DNA of 64,000 nt from Centroscyllium fabricii (taxonomy: Eukaryota). The stretch's first letter is position 1. The number at the start of each line of letters is the position of its first letter. The stretch spans positions 84,072,001-84,136,000 of the forward strand of contig JBNRSN020000018.1 in the NCBI GenBank assembly GCA_051313645.2, given 5' to 3'. Below the pieces are notes generated by a model. The model saw only the letters and a program-made list of their open reading frames with translations. It was not told the origin of the DNA and searched no databases. Both the position numbers and the translations under genes were made by a program. Of this stretch, positions 1-12,000 are shown one piece after another.

Positions 1-47
1 AAAATACTGCAACCAGGCAAAAGAACAAGGAATGACTGTGAAGAATG
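1..47 (+). CDS. Mucin exon, 3' part only ([15 protein letters not shown]+C)
   Basis: Open from base 1 and ends TG|gtatct; TG plus the first T of the next exon makes a Cys codon (phase 2). Confidence 0.7.
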
Positions 48-3000
48 GTATCTATAAAAATGCCTTCAATATTTTGTTCTGATTAGCGATGAATGAGAAA
101 GTTTGAACTAATCAATATAATTTCTGCTTTTTTCCTATTAAAACAGTTACTTATAAAAAATATTACAAGGGAATATTAGTTTAAATATACAATTTGATAC
201 TGCTACTGTAAAGAATTACCTGGAGATCTGAAATCCATTTCAAGAGTTGACTTCTTTTCTTATAAGAATGAAGGAAGGAAAAGGTGAAAGAATTTGACCA
301 GGTCACTGATCCTTTATGAGGCTCAATTTTGTGAGGTCTCTGGTAACTTGAAGAAATTGGCTCAGTGGCAGGAAACAAAGGGTACTGGTCGACGGATGTT
401 TTTGTGACTGGATGGCTGTTTCCAGTGGGGTTCCACAGGGCTCAGTACTAGGACCATTGCTTTTTGTGACATATATCAGTGATTTAGACTTTGATGTAGG
501 GGGCATGATTAAGAGGTTTGCAGATGATACAAAAATTGGCTGTGTGGTTGATAGTCAGGAAGAAAGCAGTAAACTGCTGGAGGATATCAATTTACTGGTC
601 AGGTGGGCAGAAAAGTGTCAATTGAAAGTCAATTTGGAAAAGTGTGAGGTGATGCATTTGGGGAGGGCTAACAAGGCAAGGGAATAAACAATAAATGGCA
701 GGACACTGAGAAGTGTAGAGGAAAAGAGGGACCTTGTGGTGCACGTCCACAGATCCCTGAAGGTAGCAGGACTGTTAGATAAGGTGGTTAAGAAGGCATA
801 CGGGATATTTTCCTTTATTAGCCAAGGCATAGAATATAAGAGCAGGGAGATTATGCTTGAACTGTATAAAACACTAGTTAGGCCACAGCTAGAGTACTGC
901 ATGCAGTTCTGGTCACCACATTACAGGAATGATGTGATTGCACGAGAGAGTGTCCAGAGGAGATTTATGAGGGTGTTGCCAAGACTGGAGAATTTTAGCT
1001 ATGAGGAAAGATTGGATAGGCTGGGGTTGTTTTCTTTGGAACAGAGGAGGCTTAGGGGAGACTTGATTGAGGTGTATAAAATTATGAGGGGCCGAGATAG
1101 AGTGGATAGAAAGGACCTATTTCCCTTAGCAGAGGGGTCAATAACCAGGGGGGTATAGATTTAAAGTAATGGGTAGAAGATTTAGAGGGGAGTTGAGGAG
1201 AATGTTTTTCACCCAGAGGGTGGTGGGGGTTTGAAACTCACTGCCTGAAAGGGTGGTAGAGGCAGAAACCCTATTGCATTTAAAAAGTACTTGGATACGC
1301 ACTTGAAGTGCCGTAACCTACAGGCTACGGACCAAGAGCTGGACAGTGGGATTAGGCTGGAGAGCTCTTTTTCGGCCGGCACAGACAAATGGCCTCCTTC
1401 TGTACCATAAATGTCTATGATTTTAAATGGTCAGCAATATCTGCCACTTAGAAAGAAAATATGCAGGAGATAGAAATATCACTTTGTTATGGGGGCGGGG
1501 TGTTGTTGTGAGTTTGGTGCTGAGGCACTTTGTTGGGGTAGAGTGAGGCTTCCAATTCTCTGTGAAAAGTTACAGGCATCAGGAAATGGAACGAGGCCAT
1601 CTGGGTATTGAAATGCCAGGATGGTTCAATATACCTTTTTCTTCAGAGGTCTTGACGTAATAGCACCAAGAAATGTCCATTCAATGCAGCAGATAACGAT
1701 TTATTTCAAGTCTCTTTTTATGACAACATCCATGGCCAAGAAAATAATAATGTATCTGCCCAAGAAATATTTATTATGGCAAGAAATGTATTATCCAATT
1801 CTCCCAATGGCCTAAATATACTTTGCAATCTTTTGCAGTGAATGCAAGAATGGGAAAGTCACATGTGTAGGTGAGTAAATCTTACTGTAAATATTTAACG
1901 TGCATTAAAATGAATAGGTGCTACGCCACAGTTGTTACATTACTACATAATGGTGGCATTAATGGTTGTCTGTAGTACCTAAAGGATCATGGGGCAGGAC
2001 GACCCGTGGGCCGGGGACCTCTGATGCTGACCCTGCCAAAGTTGGCAGGGTCAGAGGAGGTCAATTAGTTAAAATATTCCTGGCGGCCACCTGTACCACT
2101 AGGGATGCATGAAAGGACCCCAAATTTTCCCTTAATATCTGCTGAACAAGTACAGTGCAGGATGATGCAGCGTTCTTTCTATTTTTGCACATGGTGGCGC
2201 AGTGGTTAGCACTGCTGCCTTGCAATATAGGAGCTCCTGGGTTTGAATCCTGCTTGGCCCGGGACCTCTCTGCGTGGAGTTTGCATGTTCTCCCTGTGTT
2301 CGTGTGGGTTTCCTCCGGGTACTCCGGTTTCCTCCCACTACCCAAAGGCATGCAGGTTAGGTGAATTGGAGATACTAAAAATTGGCCATGTGTGTGTGTG
2401 AGATATAGTTCTTAGAGTTGGGGGTGTCGGGGGATATGGGGAGAGGGTAAGGGGGGGTGCTGGGTTTGGATGATCAGCCATGATCTCGTCAAAAGTGGCA
2501 GAGCAGGCTCGAAGGGCCGAATGGCCTACTCCTGCTCCTATCTTCTGTGTCTGTGTTTAATTTCTTTCAGGGTCTAGGCCTGAAACTCTGCTAGGCTGGA
2601 GTATGGGGGGGGGAAATTGGTCCATGTTGTGCCCGTTTGCCAGATGGCAAACAGGGGCTAAAAGGACCAATTTAGGAGTGCAATGTACCATCCCCAAAGG
2701 CACCCAAGGCCTTTTGAATTGTCATGCGGCCTAACCAGTGGTCCTTAAAGGAACCCCTCGGTGGTCACCATAAAGCTAAGCCAATCTTTGAAAATGACAT
2801 TTATGTGGAGCTGGGGGGAGCACGAGTGTTCAGTCCAGCTCCGCAGTACTACTGTGGGCCACTAGCAACCCGAGCTAGCCCGCTCCACACCCACCCTGTG
2901 GTAAACCACTGTATATATATGTTTGTATCTGTATGCATTGTGTGTGTGACCTCCACTGTTTGTACATAGTCTTTCATGTATAGCTTGTCCGGGCATGCCC

Positions 3001-6000
3001 GTGCTGACCCCGCCTGTGGCTCCTCCTACCCGGACCCAGGTATAAAGGCGACTGTCTCCCTCCCCCAATCATTCTGGGATCAGTCGACTAGCATGGGCAT
3101 GCTCATGTCTTAGTGAATAAAAGCCTTTAGTTCACTCCTCAACTTCTAGTCTCCAAAGTTATTGATTAGGCATCACACCCCACCCCACAGGACTTACCCG
3201 AGGGTCGGCACTTGCGTGGTAGTTAGTCCATATTGATCCCATGGCAACAGGGCGAGCTGCCCCTGGAGGCCTGACAGACACCGACAGCTCGCTGAAATTA
3301 TTAAGATGAGGCCCAAGGACTAATAATGGGAGATCCTCAGATCGATCTCGAAGGATGTACATTGCAGGCATGCCAACCATTTCGCGCCCATGTCCCCACA
3401 CCCGACCATGCCCCCTCTTATGCCATTAGCCATGCTGTGGGTGGGGGGCCATAGATGCTACCCCAAGAAGGCCCTGCAGAAAGTACTGGGGAATGTCAGT
3501 GTTCTGGGAATATGCGCTCAAAAGACTGAATTTCTGCCCCTCCATATTTAAGATGTTTCAGAGCTGACTTTATAATTGTGTAGTACAGAGAGTTGTTGTC
3601 TTAGCTTTCAATCATCAAGGTATTAAATTAATAATGGTATTTTAAAATATAAGAATTGTAACTTATATCATTTATTTTGTATTTTTTGGAACAGTACTAA
3701 TTCCTGGATCCAGTACTCCTGCAACAACCACTACAGGTAATGGCTTCCTCTTGTGCGATATAGAAAAAAATAACTAAAATCGTTTAAGTAAGCGAGTCTT
3801 ATTTTTTACAATATTCTGTTACCTCTTTTTGTGCCTCAAAGTGTTATACATGCTTACTTTAAGTTTTAAAGATGTGATTTTTTTTGTATTCAGCGAGGTG
3901 ATAATGTACTGGACTGTAGAACATTTTTTCATTTTTGACTCCCAGTTTCAGCATCACATATCTGCTGAACAGGTACAGTGCAGGGAGGAGGCAGAGTGCT
4001 TTCTATTTTTGCATCATTTGAATAATAAAATTGGATTCATGCAATGGCACATTAGAAAGATCGTTATTGTATTTAACATTTGGTTTAATTATTAATTCTT
4101 ACATACTAATGATTGGACAGTGTCAATGCTGTTAGTGTATAATCAAGCATGGCAGTAGTTCTTGTGCCTTTATGAAATGAACTATATAAAATGACAGGAG
4201 ATGTACGGCTTGCAACAGTCTGTGAAATTAATCATTTTCATTGCTATGAACCAGCAGTAACGGAACAGCATGTTCTTTCAAACTCTTATTAGATAAAGTT
4301 AGATAGCTGAAGTGCTAGGTTACTTTCTAGAAAAATTGTGGGTGCCCGTCCCCAGACTGAGTTAACTAGCCTCAGCTAGGCAACTTTAGGTAATTCAACA
4401 TCTCAGAACTACTGGGTTAGGGAAGAGAAAATTGACCAGCGGTCCTGCTCTGACAACCCCTGTTGGAAGTGCGTGCCTGTGGACATTAGGTACGGATAGG
4501 ATTAGGCGCCGCAGTCAAATAGCCTGCCACAACTCACTATTGGAGCTCCCGCATAAAGAATAGGGGGAAAAATTCGGTGACTTGTGCCAGCCGTTAGCAA
4601 CCTAAGAGGGCGGCTAATGGGGCGCAAGGCACCTAGCGCCTGGGCTGGCACCTCCCGTGATATTCAGTGGGGCGCTGGTGGCAGCAGCAGCCGTCATTGC
4701 CCGTGGCGCTGCGCTGCTGGCAATGATGTCATCACCGTGCACAGCGCCTCGCTCGTGCCCTGGACGTGAATTTCAGTCGCGCCCCCTGACTTAACGCTGG
4801 GGGCATGTAGTCGCAGTTGCAGCCGGGCCAGCGCTATTTAAAAGGGGGGTGCTGGGCGGCCATTTTTCTTGCTGGCCACCTGCCAGCACCTGACCCCTCT
4901 GCCGTCCCCGGCCTTCCCCGCTGCGCCCCGCGGAGTGCTGGCTGTGCTCCGTGAGCCCGGCACTTCCCTCGAGTGCCGGGCTCCTTTGCCGGCACTCCGA
5001 TCCCCGTCGGTCCAGCTGGGCTCTGGGCTGCGCCGTGCTAGGCCACTCCCCTTAAAGAAGGGGAGGGAGGCCTGCAGTACCATGGCGCAGCGTGCTGCAG
5101 AGCATGGCGCAGCGACACACAGTGGCCGAAATTCAGTTGTTGCGCCCAAGGAATGAGGTGAAGCACCTACAGTAGCGCCCCACCTCCTACTTGGGGCGCT
5201 AAAACCCAATTTAAGGTGGAACGGCGCTAACCTTTTCAGGGCGCTACATTCCGAGGCTAGCGCCCCAAATGGTGCGCAACCCAATTTTCCCCCCATGGTC
5301 TATTGGACAAGGTTCTTTAGAAGGAGTGCCACTTGTGGAATTGTACCCCAGCAAGAAATCAACACCTTCAGGAGAGGGGAAAAGATGGTGGATAAAGGAG
5401 GAGGACAGAAAACAAAATGATGGGTTTCAATATTTGGAGAAATTGGGGTCATTTCCCCCTCTGGGCCCCTGCTGGTACTGGAGGTGTGCTGCACCTGTGA
5501 CAGGAGAGTTGCCCACTATTTTGCACAGCCCAGGGTACATTTTCTATGTAAGTGTGCAATCAGATACAGTAATACGATAGCAAAATACTACGCATGCTGG
5601 AAATCCGAAATAACAACAGAAAACGCTGGAGAAACTCAGCCGGCCAGGCAGCATCGGTGGAGAGAGAAACAGAGCTAACGGGGGGTATTTTCCTCGGTCC
5701 AGGAGGGCGGTGATTCGACGAGGCGGGGCCTAAAATCGCAGAACCGGGGGGTCACGACCCCCCCCCCCGCTGCCGCCAGATCGCCACCGGCTTGTCAGTT
5801 TCGGGTGGCGTGTCCCGCTGTCCTGAAACTTTCCCGCCCACCACTGATGGGGATGCTCGTTAAAGTAATTGAGGGCCCTTAACTGATCTGGATAATGCCA
5901 TTTTATGGGGCCTCACCTATTTCCACCCCTTCCTACCCAAACCCCGCCATCCTGAAACCCTGCTGGTGAAACCCAGCGGGATCACAGTGTTCTTGGTCAC

Positions 6001-9000
6001 TTTCTCCTTCAAGGTGTTGAAGGACCTACAGCAGAATGCTTTCCAGGCTTTCAATACCCTGAAGGTGTAAGTGACTTCCTTGGGTGAAGACCAGCTGTGG
6101 GAAAAAAACTTAAAAATCTTACCTTGCCAAATCCATTCTGAGACGCTCCATTGACAGCCGGTCCCTGCTGTCAAAGATTTGCAGCCCGCCTGTCCATCTG
6201 CCTGTCAAAGCACTTGAGCTTTCCGATTGGTTGCACTCCACTGTGATGTCACAGTGGAGTGTTTCCATGGGAACTGTCAACAACCAGTCCCTGGAATTGT
6301 TTGTCAAGCTCCTCGCAACCCGCTCCAGCTCCCTGATTGCCGACTCAGTTGAGGCAATTACCAGGGGCTCCCCGCACGTGGGGATTTAATTGATTAATTC
6401 AAGGAAAATTGCGTCGGGTTTCCAGACCCGCGGGCGGGTGGGACAGAAATCCGCCCCGACAAATCCCCGCCAGCTTCCCGCACCACCGGGAACCCCCCCC
6501 ACCCACTCATCGTTTCAGGTCGATGACGTTTCTTCAGAATTGGAGAAACCGGGAGGGGGGATAGATTCTAAAGCTAGTCGGGGCTGGGGTAAGGCGGGGT
6601 GGCTGAAAGAACAAAGAAAAGATCAGCGACAGGCTAGAAGGCGGGGGAGATAAGAGACATTGAGAGCCATTAGGAGAAATTCAAGGAACACAGGATAGCT
6701 CTGGATAGGTGTGAACGGCTCTGGCAGAGAGACGAAAAAAGAACAGTAATCTGTTCACTTTAAAAGTGTATGTACTTGCCATAAAAATGTCGACAGTATT
6801 TTAATAATTTTGTTGATTTTTTTTTTGCTGTTTAGCACCATCTAAAACGACAGTGATGACAACACCAGCATCTACTACAACCTACAGAATTGGTAAATGA
6901 TGATTTCGATTTTCCATTTAAAAAAAATTCTTACAACACATTTACCTTGAAATTATGTCCTGCAATATTAGTAACAAAATGTTCGTACTTTTGTACAGTC
7001 GCTATTTATCAAACATTAACCTTTTTATTTTAAGCTGCTAATAGCTTAATTAATTTATGGAATTATCCATTCATTAACATTGTCGACTTCTCAGTTGTAA
7101 ATACAACCTGTTCATTGAAGTCTGAAAGTTGACACTGGGAGATGGGTAAGGACTGCTCGTGGGAGTCAGATGAGCGATGCACGCATTTCCAACAAGGAGT
7201 ATCTACAAAAATGTCCTGATGGTACTGCTTATTCCTTCTGTTTTATAGATTGTACTGCTGCATTAACAAGCAGCCCATCTGAAGATAGTGGGGTCAATTT
7301 TCCTTGAACCGTCAGGCGGGCTTTTCAGCAGTGCGGGCTGCAAAATTGCAAAACCGGGGGGCCCCGACCTCTCCCGCTGTTTTCCCGACGTTTTGTGATT
7401 TCCCCCTGCTGTGTCTGGTCGACCCGAATCATTCCTGCCCGCGACCAGCGGGAATGGTCTTTAGGCACCTTAATCATCCTTAATTGGCATGTATTTTAAG
7501 GGGCCCTTGCAATTTTCAGCCTTTTCCCACACAAAACCCACCAGCTGGAAACACCGTTGGTGAAACCTGTCAGGGACACATTCAGTTGCAAGTCCATCAT
7601 AAAGTATGAGATTGAATCAGCCATCATATGCAGGTGGCAGGACCTTATTTTTCAGGATTGGGGCAACTTTTAGAAGTCATAAGCACACCTGTGGAAGGTT
7701 GGAGCCTCACACACATCTTCAGTGTGAACTCCTGGGAAACCCCTCTCGGCACCTTCACTCAGCGCTTCCTCAGCGGAAGCATATGCCAGAAGTATGGAAG
7801 CCATTTACTTCATTCCTTTCTGGGCATTAGATGAGCTCCCGCACCAGCCGCGGCACCAGCAGAACCAGGAGCAACAGCAGCAGCAATAGGAGTGCCAGGC
7901 TGCTGCTCACCCACCCACTCCTGCATCTGTTCCTGGAGTTCCACCACCACCGATAGAAACATAGAAACATAGAAGATAGGAGCAGGAGTAGGCCATTCGG
8001 CCCCTCGAGCCTGCTCCGCCATTCAATCAGATCATGGCTGATCATCCAAATTCAGTACCCTGTCCCTGCCTTCACCCCATATCCCTTGATCCCTCTAGCC
8101 TTAAGAAATATATCCAGCTCCTTCTTGAATATATTCAATGAACCAGCCTCCACCACTCTCTGTGGCAGAGAATTCCACAGGTTCACCACTCTCTGGGTGA
8201 AGAAATTCCTCCTCATCTCTGTCCTAAATGAGTTACCCCTTATCCTTAGACTATGACCCTTGGTTCTGGACTCTCCGATCATCAGGAACATTCTTCCTGC
8301 ATCAAGTTTGTCCAGACCAGTTAGAATTTTATACGTTTTGATGAGATCCCCTCTCAATCTTCTAAACTCCAGAGAGTACAAACCCAGTCTACCCAGTCTC
8401 TCCTCATACGTCAATCCTGCCATCCCAGGTATCAGCCTGGTGAATCTTCTCTGCACTCTCTCCATGGCAAGAATGTCCTTCCTTAGATAAGGAGACCAAA
8501 ATTGCACACAGCAGTCAAGGTGTGGTCTCACCAAGGCCCTGTACAACTGCAGCAAGACCTCCCTGTTCCTGTACTCGAACCCTTTCGCTATGAAGGCCAA
8601 CATACCATTTGCCTTCTTAACCGCCTGCTACACCTGCATGCTCACCTTCAGTGACTGGTGCACAAGGACACCCAGGTCTCATTGTACTTCCCCTTCTCCC
8701 AATCTATTGCCATTCAGATAATAGTTGGCATTTCTGTTTTTGCCCCCAATGTGGATAACCTCGCATTTATCCACATTATACTGCATCTGCCACATCTCAG
8801 CCCACTCACCCAACCTGTCCAAATCATCCTGGAGCTTCCTGGTATCCTCCTCGCAGCACACACGCCCTCCCAGCTTTGTGTCATCTGCAAACTTGGAGAC
8901 ATTACATTTAGTTCCTTTTTCTAAATCATTAATGTATATTGTGAATAGCTGGGGTCCCAGGACCAATCCCTGCGGTACCCTACTAGTCACTGCCTGCCAC

Positions 9001-12000
9001 TCAGAAAAAGACCCATTTACTCCTACTCTCTGCTTTCTGTCCACCAACCAATTCTCAATCTAAGTCAATACCCTGCCCCCAATCCCATGTGCCCTAACTT
9101 TACATGCTAATCCCTTGTGTGGGACCTTGTCGACTGCCTTCTGTCTAAGTACACCACATCTACTGGTTCTCCCTGATCAATTTTCCCAGTTACATCCTCA
9201 TGGATGGACCCAGAAGCAAAGGATTGACATGCAGCTGAGCCGAGCTGGCAAAGTCCTGCACCCTCCAACTAGGACTCTCCACTGCTGCCCCTGTCTCCAA
9301 CATCTGCTGATGCTCACTTGTGAGCTGTGAGACACCAGGTGCCAACACTACTCTATGTCCTGAAGGTCCCCCTGAGGTGTGAGTGTCTGCGCTGGTTCTG
9401 GGTGCGCTTAATTCTGCTGATGCTGTGCCCTCAGAGGTTGCAGCTTCCTCTGAGGAGTCTGGATGCTCAGGCTCTTCCTCCTGTCTAGCGGGGACGGTTG
9501 TTTGCGATGGTCCTGTGGGGGAGTAAAGGAATGATTCAGAGATGTGATGCCAAGGTTACATGCACCTTGCATATTGCAGATGATCATAAGTCCATCTGTT
9601 AGATCTTCAGAATCATTATCAATGACTCATGCAATGTCAGTGAGAGAGATGGAGAACTAATCTGTCACCAGCTTGCTGTGATGTACCCATCTGTCCGACC
9701 CCCACTTGCGCTTCTTCCTCCACTCCTACGATCTCCAGGACCGCCTCCTCCCGGGGGTGAGGTGGGCTAGTGAGGGTGGCCCTCCTCCTGTCCTCGCTCT
9801 TTCTCACTTATTGTGAGCTCTCTTTTCCTGCAATGAGGGAGACAAGTGGAGGTTGAGCGAGAATGTAGGAGTGAGTGTAGAGATTCCATAGCATAGATAC
9901 TTAGTAGGAGACAAAGATGGAGTGAGGTGGCAAGACCATATGTGTTGTCAGTTGTGTTCAAAGCATCAGAGTGATAGGGAGTGTGAGGGCTGCATGGTTG
10001 AATAGTTATGTGAGTGTGAGCATAGAGAGAGAGGGAATGGGTAAGGGTGCATGGATGTGAGTGTCAAGTGGGATGTGGAGGAAGAGATTGCTGAAGCTGA
10101 GTGCTGGTGAGCAAAGGCAATGGGGATCAGAATGAGGGTGATGGGAATTCCATCCTCACTTTTCCAGTGTGCAGAAGGTCATGAAATCTTTCCTGCACTG
10201 AATCCAGGTTCTGCGGGGTACTGATAATGAGTTGCCCGCCTCTGCCACCTGGATACACACAGCCTGCTGAGGAGACGTCTTCCTCCCTGAAGAAGGGAAG
10301 AGCACCTCTTTATGAGCTCTTGCTCCTTCAACTAAAGCTTGCAGGGCCACATCATCAAACCTGAAATGCACCAGCAACGATGACATCATATTGTGTGACT
10401 TTCTGACTGGAAATAGTCAATTGCCAAGGGTTCCCACATGCTGGAAATCAATTGGCCAATTGAGCCAAAAATGCGTGAGGCTCCCAGGCCCTTTAGGATT
10501 CGTGTGGGAAACTTGACCCGCTGGAAACCGACCAATTCCCCACACCTGAGGGAAAATTTACCCGTGTGTGTCAGGGCTGAGTGAGTGTGTCGGGGTTAAG
10601 GCGGAGGGTGGAGAGAGGGCGTTATGTCTCACCATTCACTGGAACTCACTCAACACCTTCAAAGGTGTTCACAAATCTGTCCAAGAAGGCAAACTGTCGA
10701 AAATAAAGATGTCAATGCTTGATAACATATTTACAGAAACTTTACATGAACATTGCATAAAACACACAGGTGCCTACCCTTGTGGGTAAGGGCCATTAAA
10801 TAGTTGTATTTTCTCTCTACTAAAAGAATTTTATTGAGTAGACTTAGAAATGAATAAATTTCATTTTCATATTTTCTGTGCTCGGCTATGTGCAGCAGAA
10901 AAGTAAGTTTTAAAACCTGAAACAGACTCAGAGCCTCAGCGTGCAGTGTAACAGGTTGAAATGTTTTTCCTGCTCTATAGAAACTACGACACCAGAAGTG
11001 ACACCGATTATCACTACGTCTATCACCAGCTACACTCCTGGTAAGTGACAGCGGTTTTATACCTTGCACCAAGTCTGTCTCCACAGTGGATTCTTTCTAA
11101 CTCCATGTGGTCTGTCTTTGAGGAGGTAACAAAACACAGCTTTCATTTTTACATCTTAGATATTTATTTCTAACTGTTTGCTTTAGAAATATTTGTATCT
11201 CTGGTCATTACCTGGTAACTTATTGGGCAACTTTTAGGAACTTGTGCTCCTGACATAACATTTAGCGAATGTGATGCAAATCAGAAATTTGATGCCAATT
11301 GGAGGATTATTGTGCGATGTGCATTTACTCGCATGCTCATGTTCCCTTTCTGAGCCCCCGGCAAGCGAAGCTTCGAGCAAGATAGGTGTATTATAGATTC
11401 TTATTTATTGCCAGTTATCAAAATTATTCGTCACACAATGTCAACACTAAGGTTGTAAAACCATATCCAGGAATGAGAGAAAGTCATGTAGACAATCCAT
11501 CTCACCCCATCATACAGGTTCAGCTGCAAAACCCTATTGGACTATTCCTCCCCATACCCAGCCCTAGTACAGGGCTCACCAGTTTTTGTTTCGATGCCCA
11601 GTAGAAATTCGAGATGGGCGGCCTCTGGGCAGTCGTTTCTTTTTTAGAATGACTTTCCCTCCGCCACTGCTGCCCTTGGAAGCCGATGAAAATCACCCCT
11701 TGATCTTTCCAATGATGAGTGTAAAACTAACATGATAAAACAATTTGATGCAAGATCAGTCATAGAGTCAAATGTTGTGCTGGCTTGATATTCTTCGCAC
11801 CATTGTGGTGAAATTTTGTAACTAGAATATGAAAAAGTATTTTGCAATCTGTATGGAAAAGCCATCAACCTTAGATAAGCTGTTATGTATTCATGATGTT
11901 CCGGGCTAGCATAGGGCTCTCCTGCATTGTAAGCCAATATTCTGTCCACAAACATATCAAGAAAGTGACAAATGCATCAGTGAACATGGCCAGCAATTTC

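Noticed and set aside
1621-1815. 64-aa ORF as a mucin exon
   Set aside because: Ends in a stop with no suitable donor; the 47>1839 splice already gives a coherent Cys motif.
2190-2265. tRNA gene
   Set aside because: The A/B boxes belong to the SINE head and continue into the V core and LINE tail; no full cloverleaf is evident.
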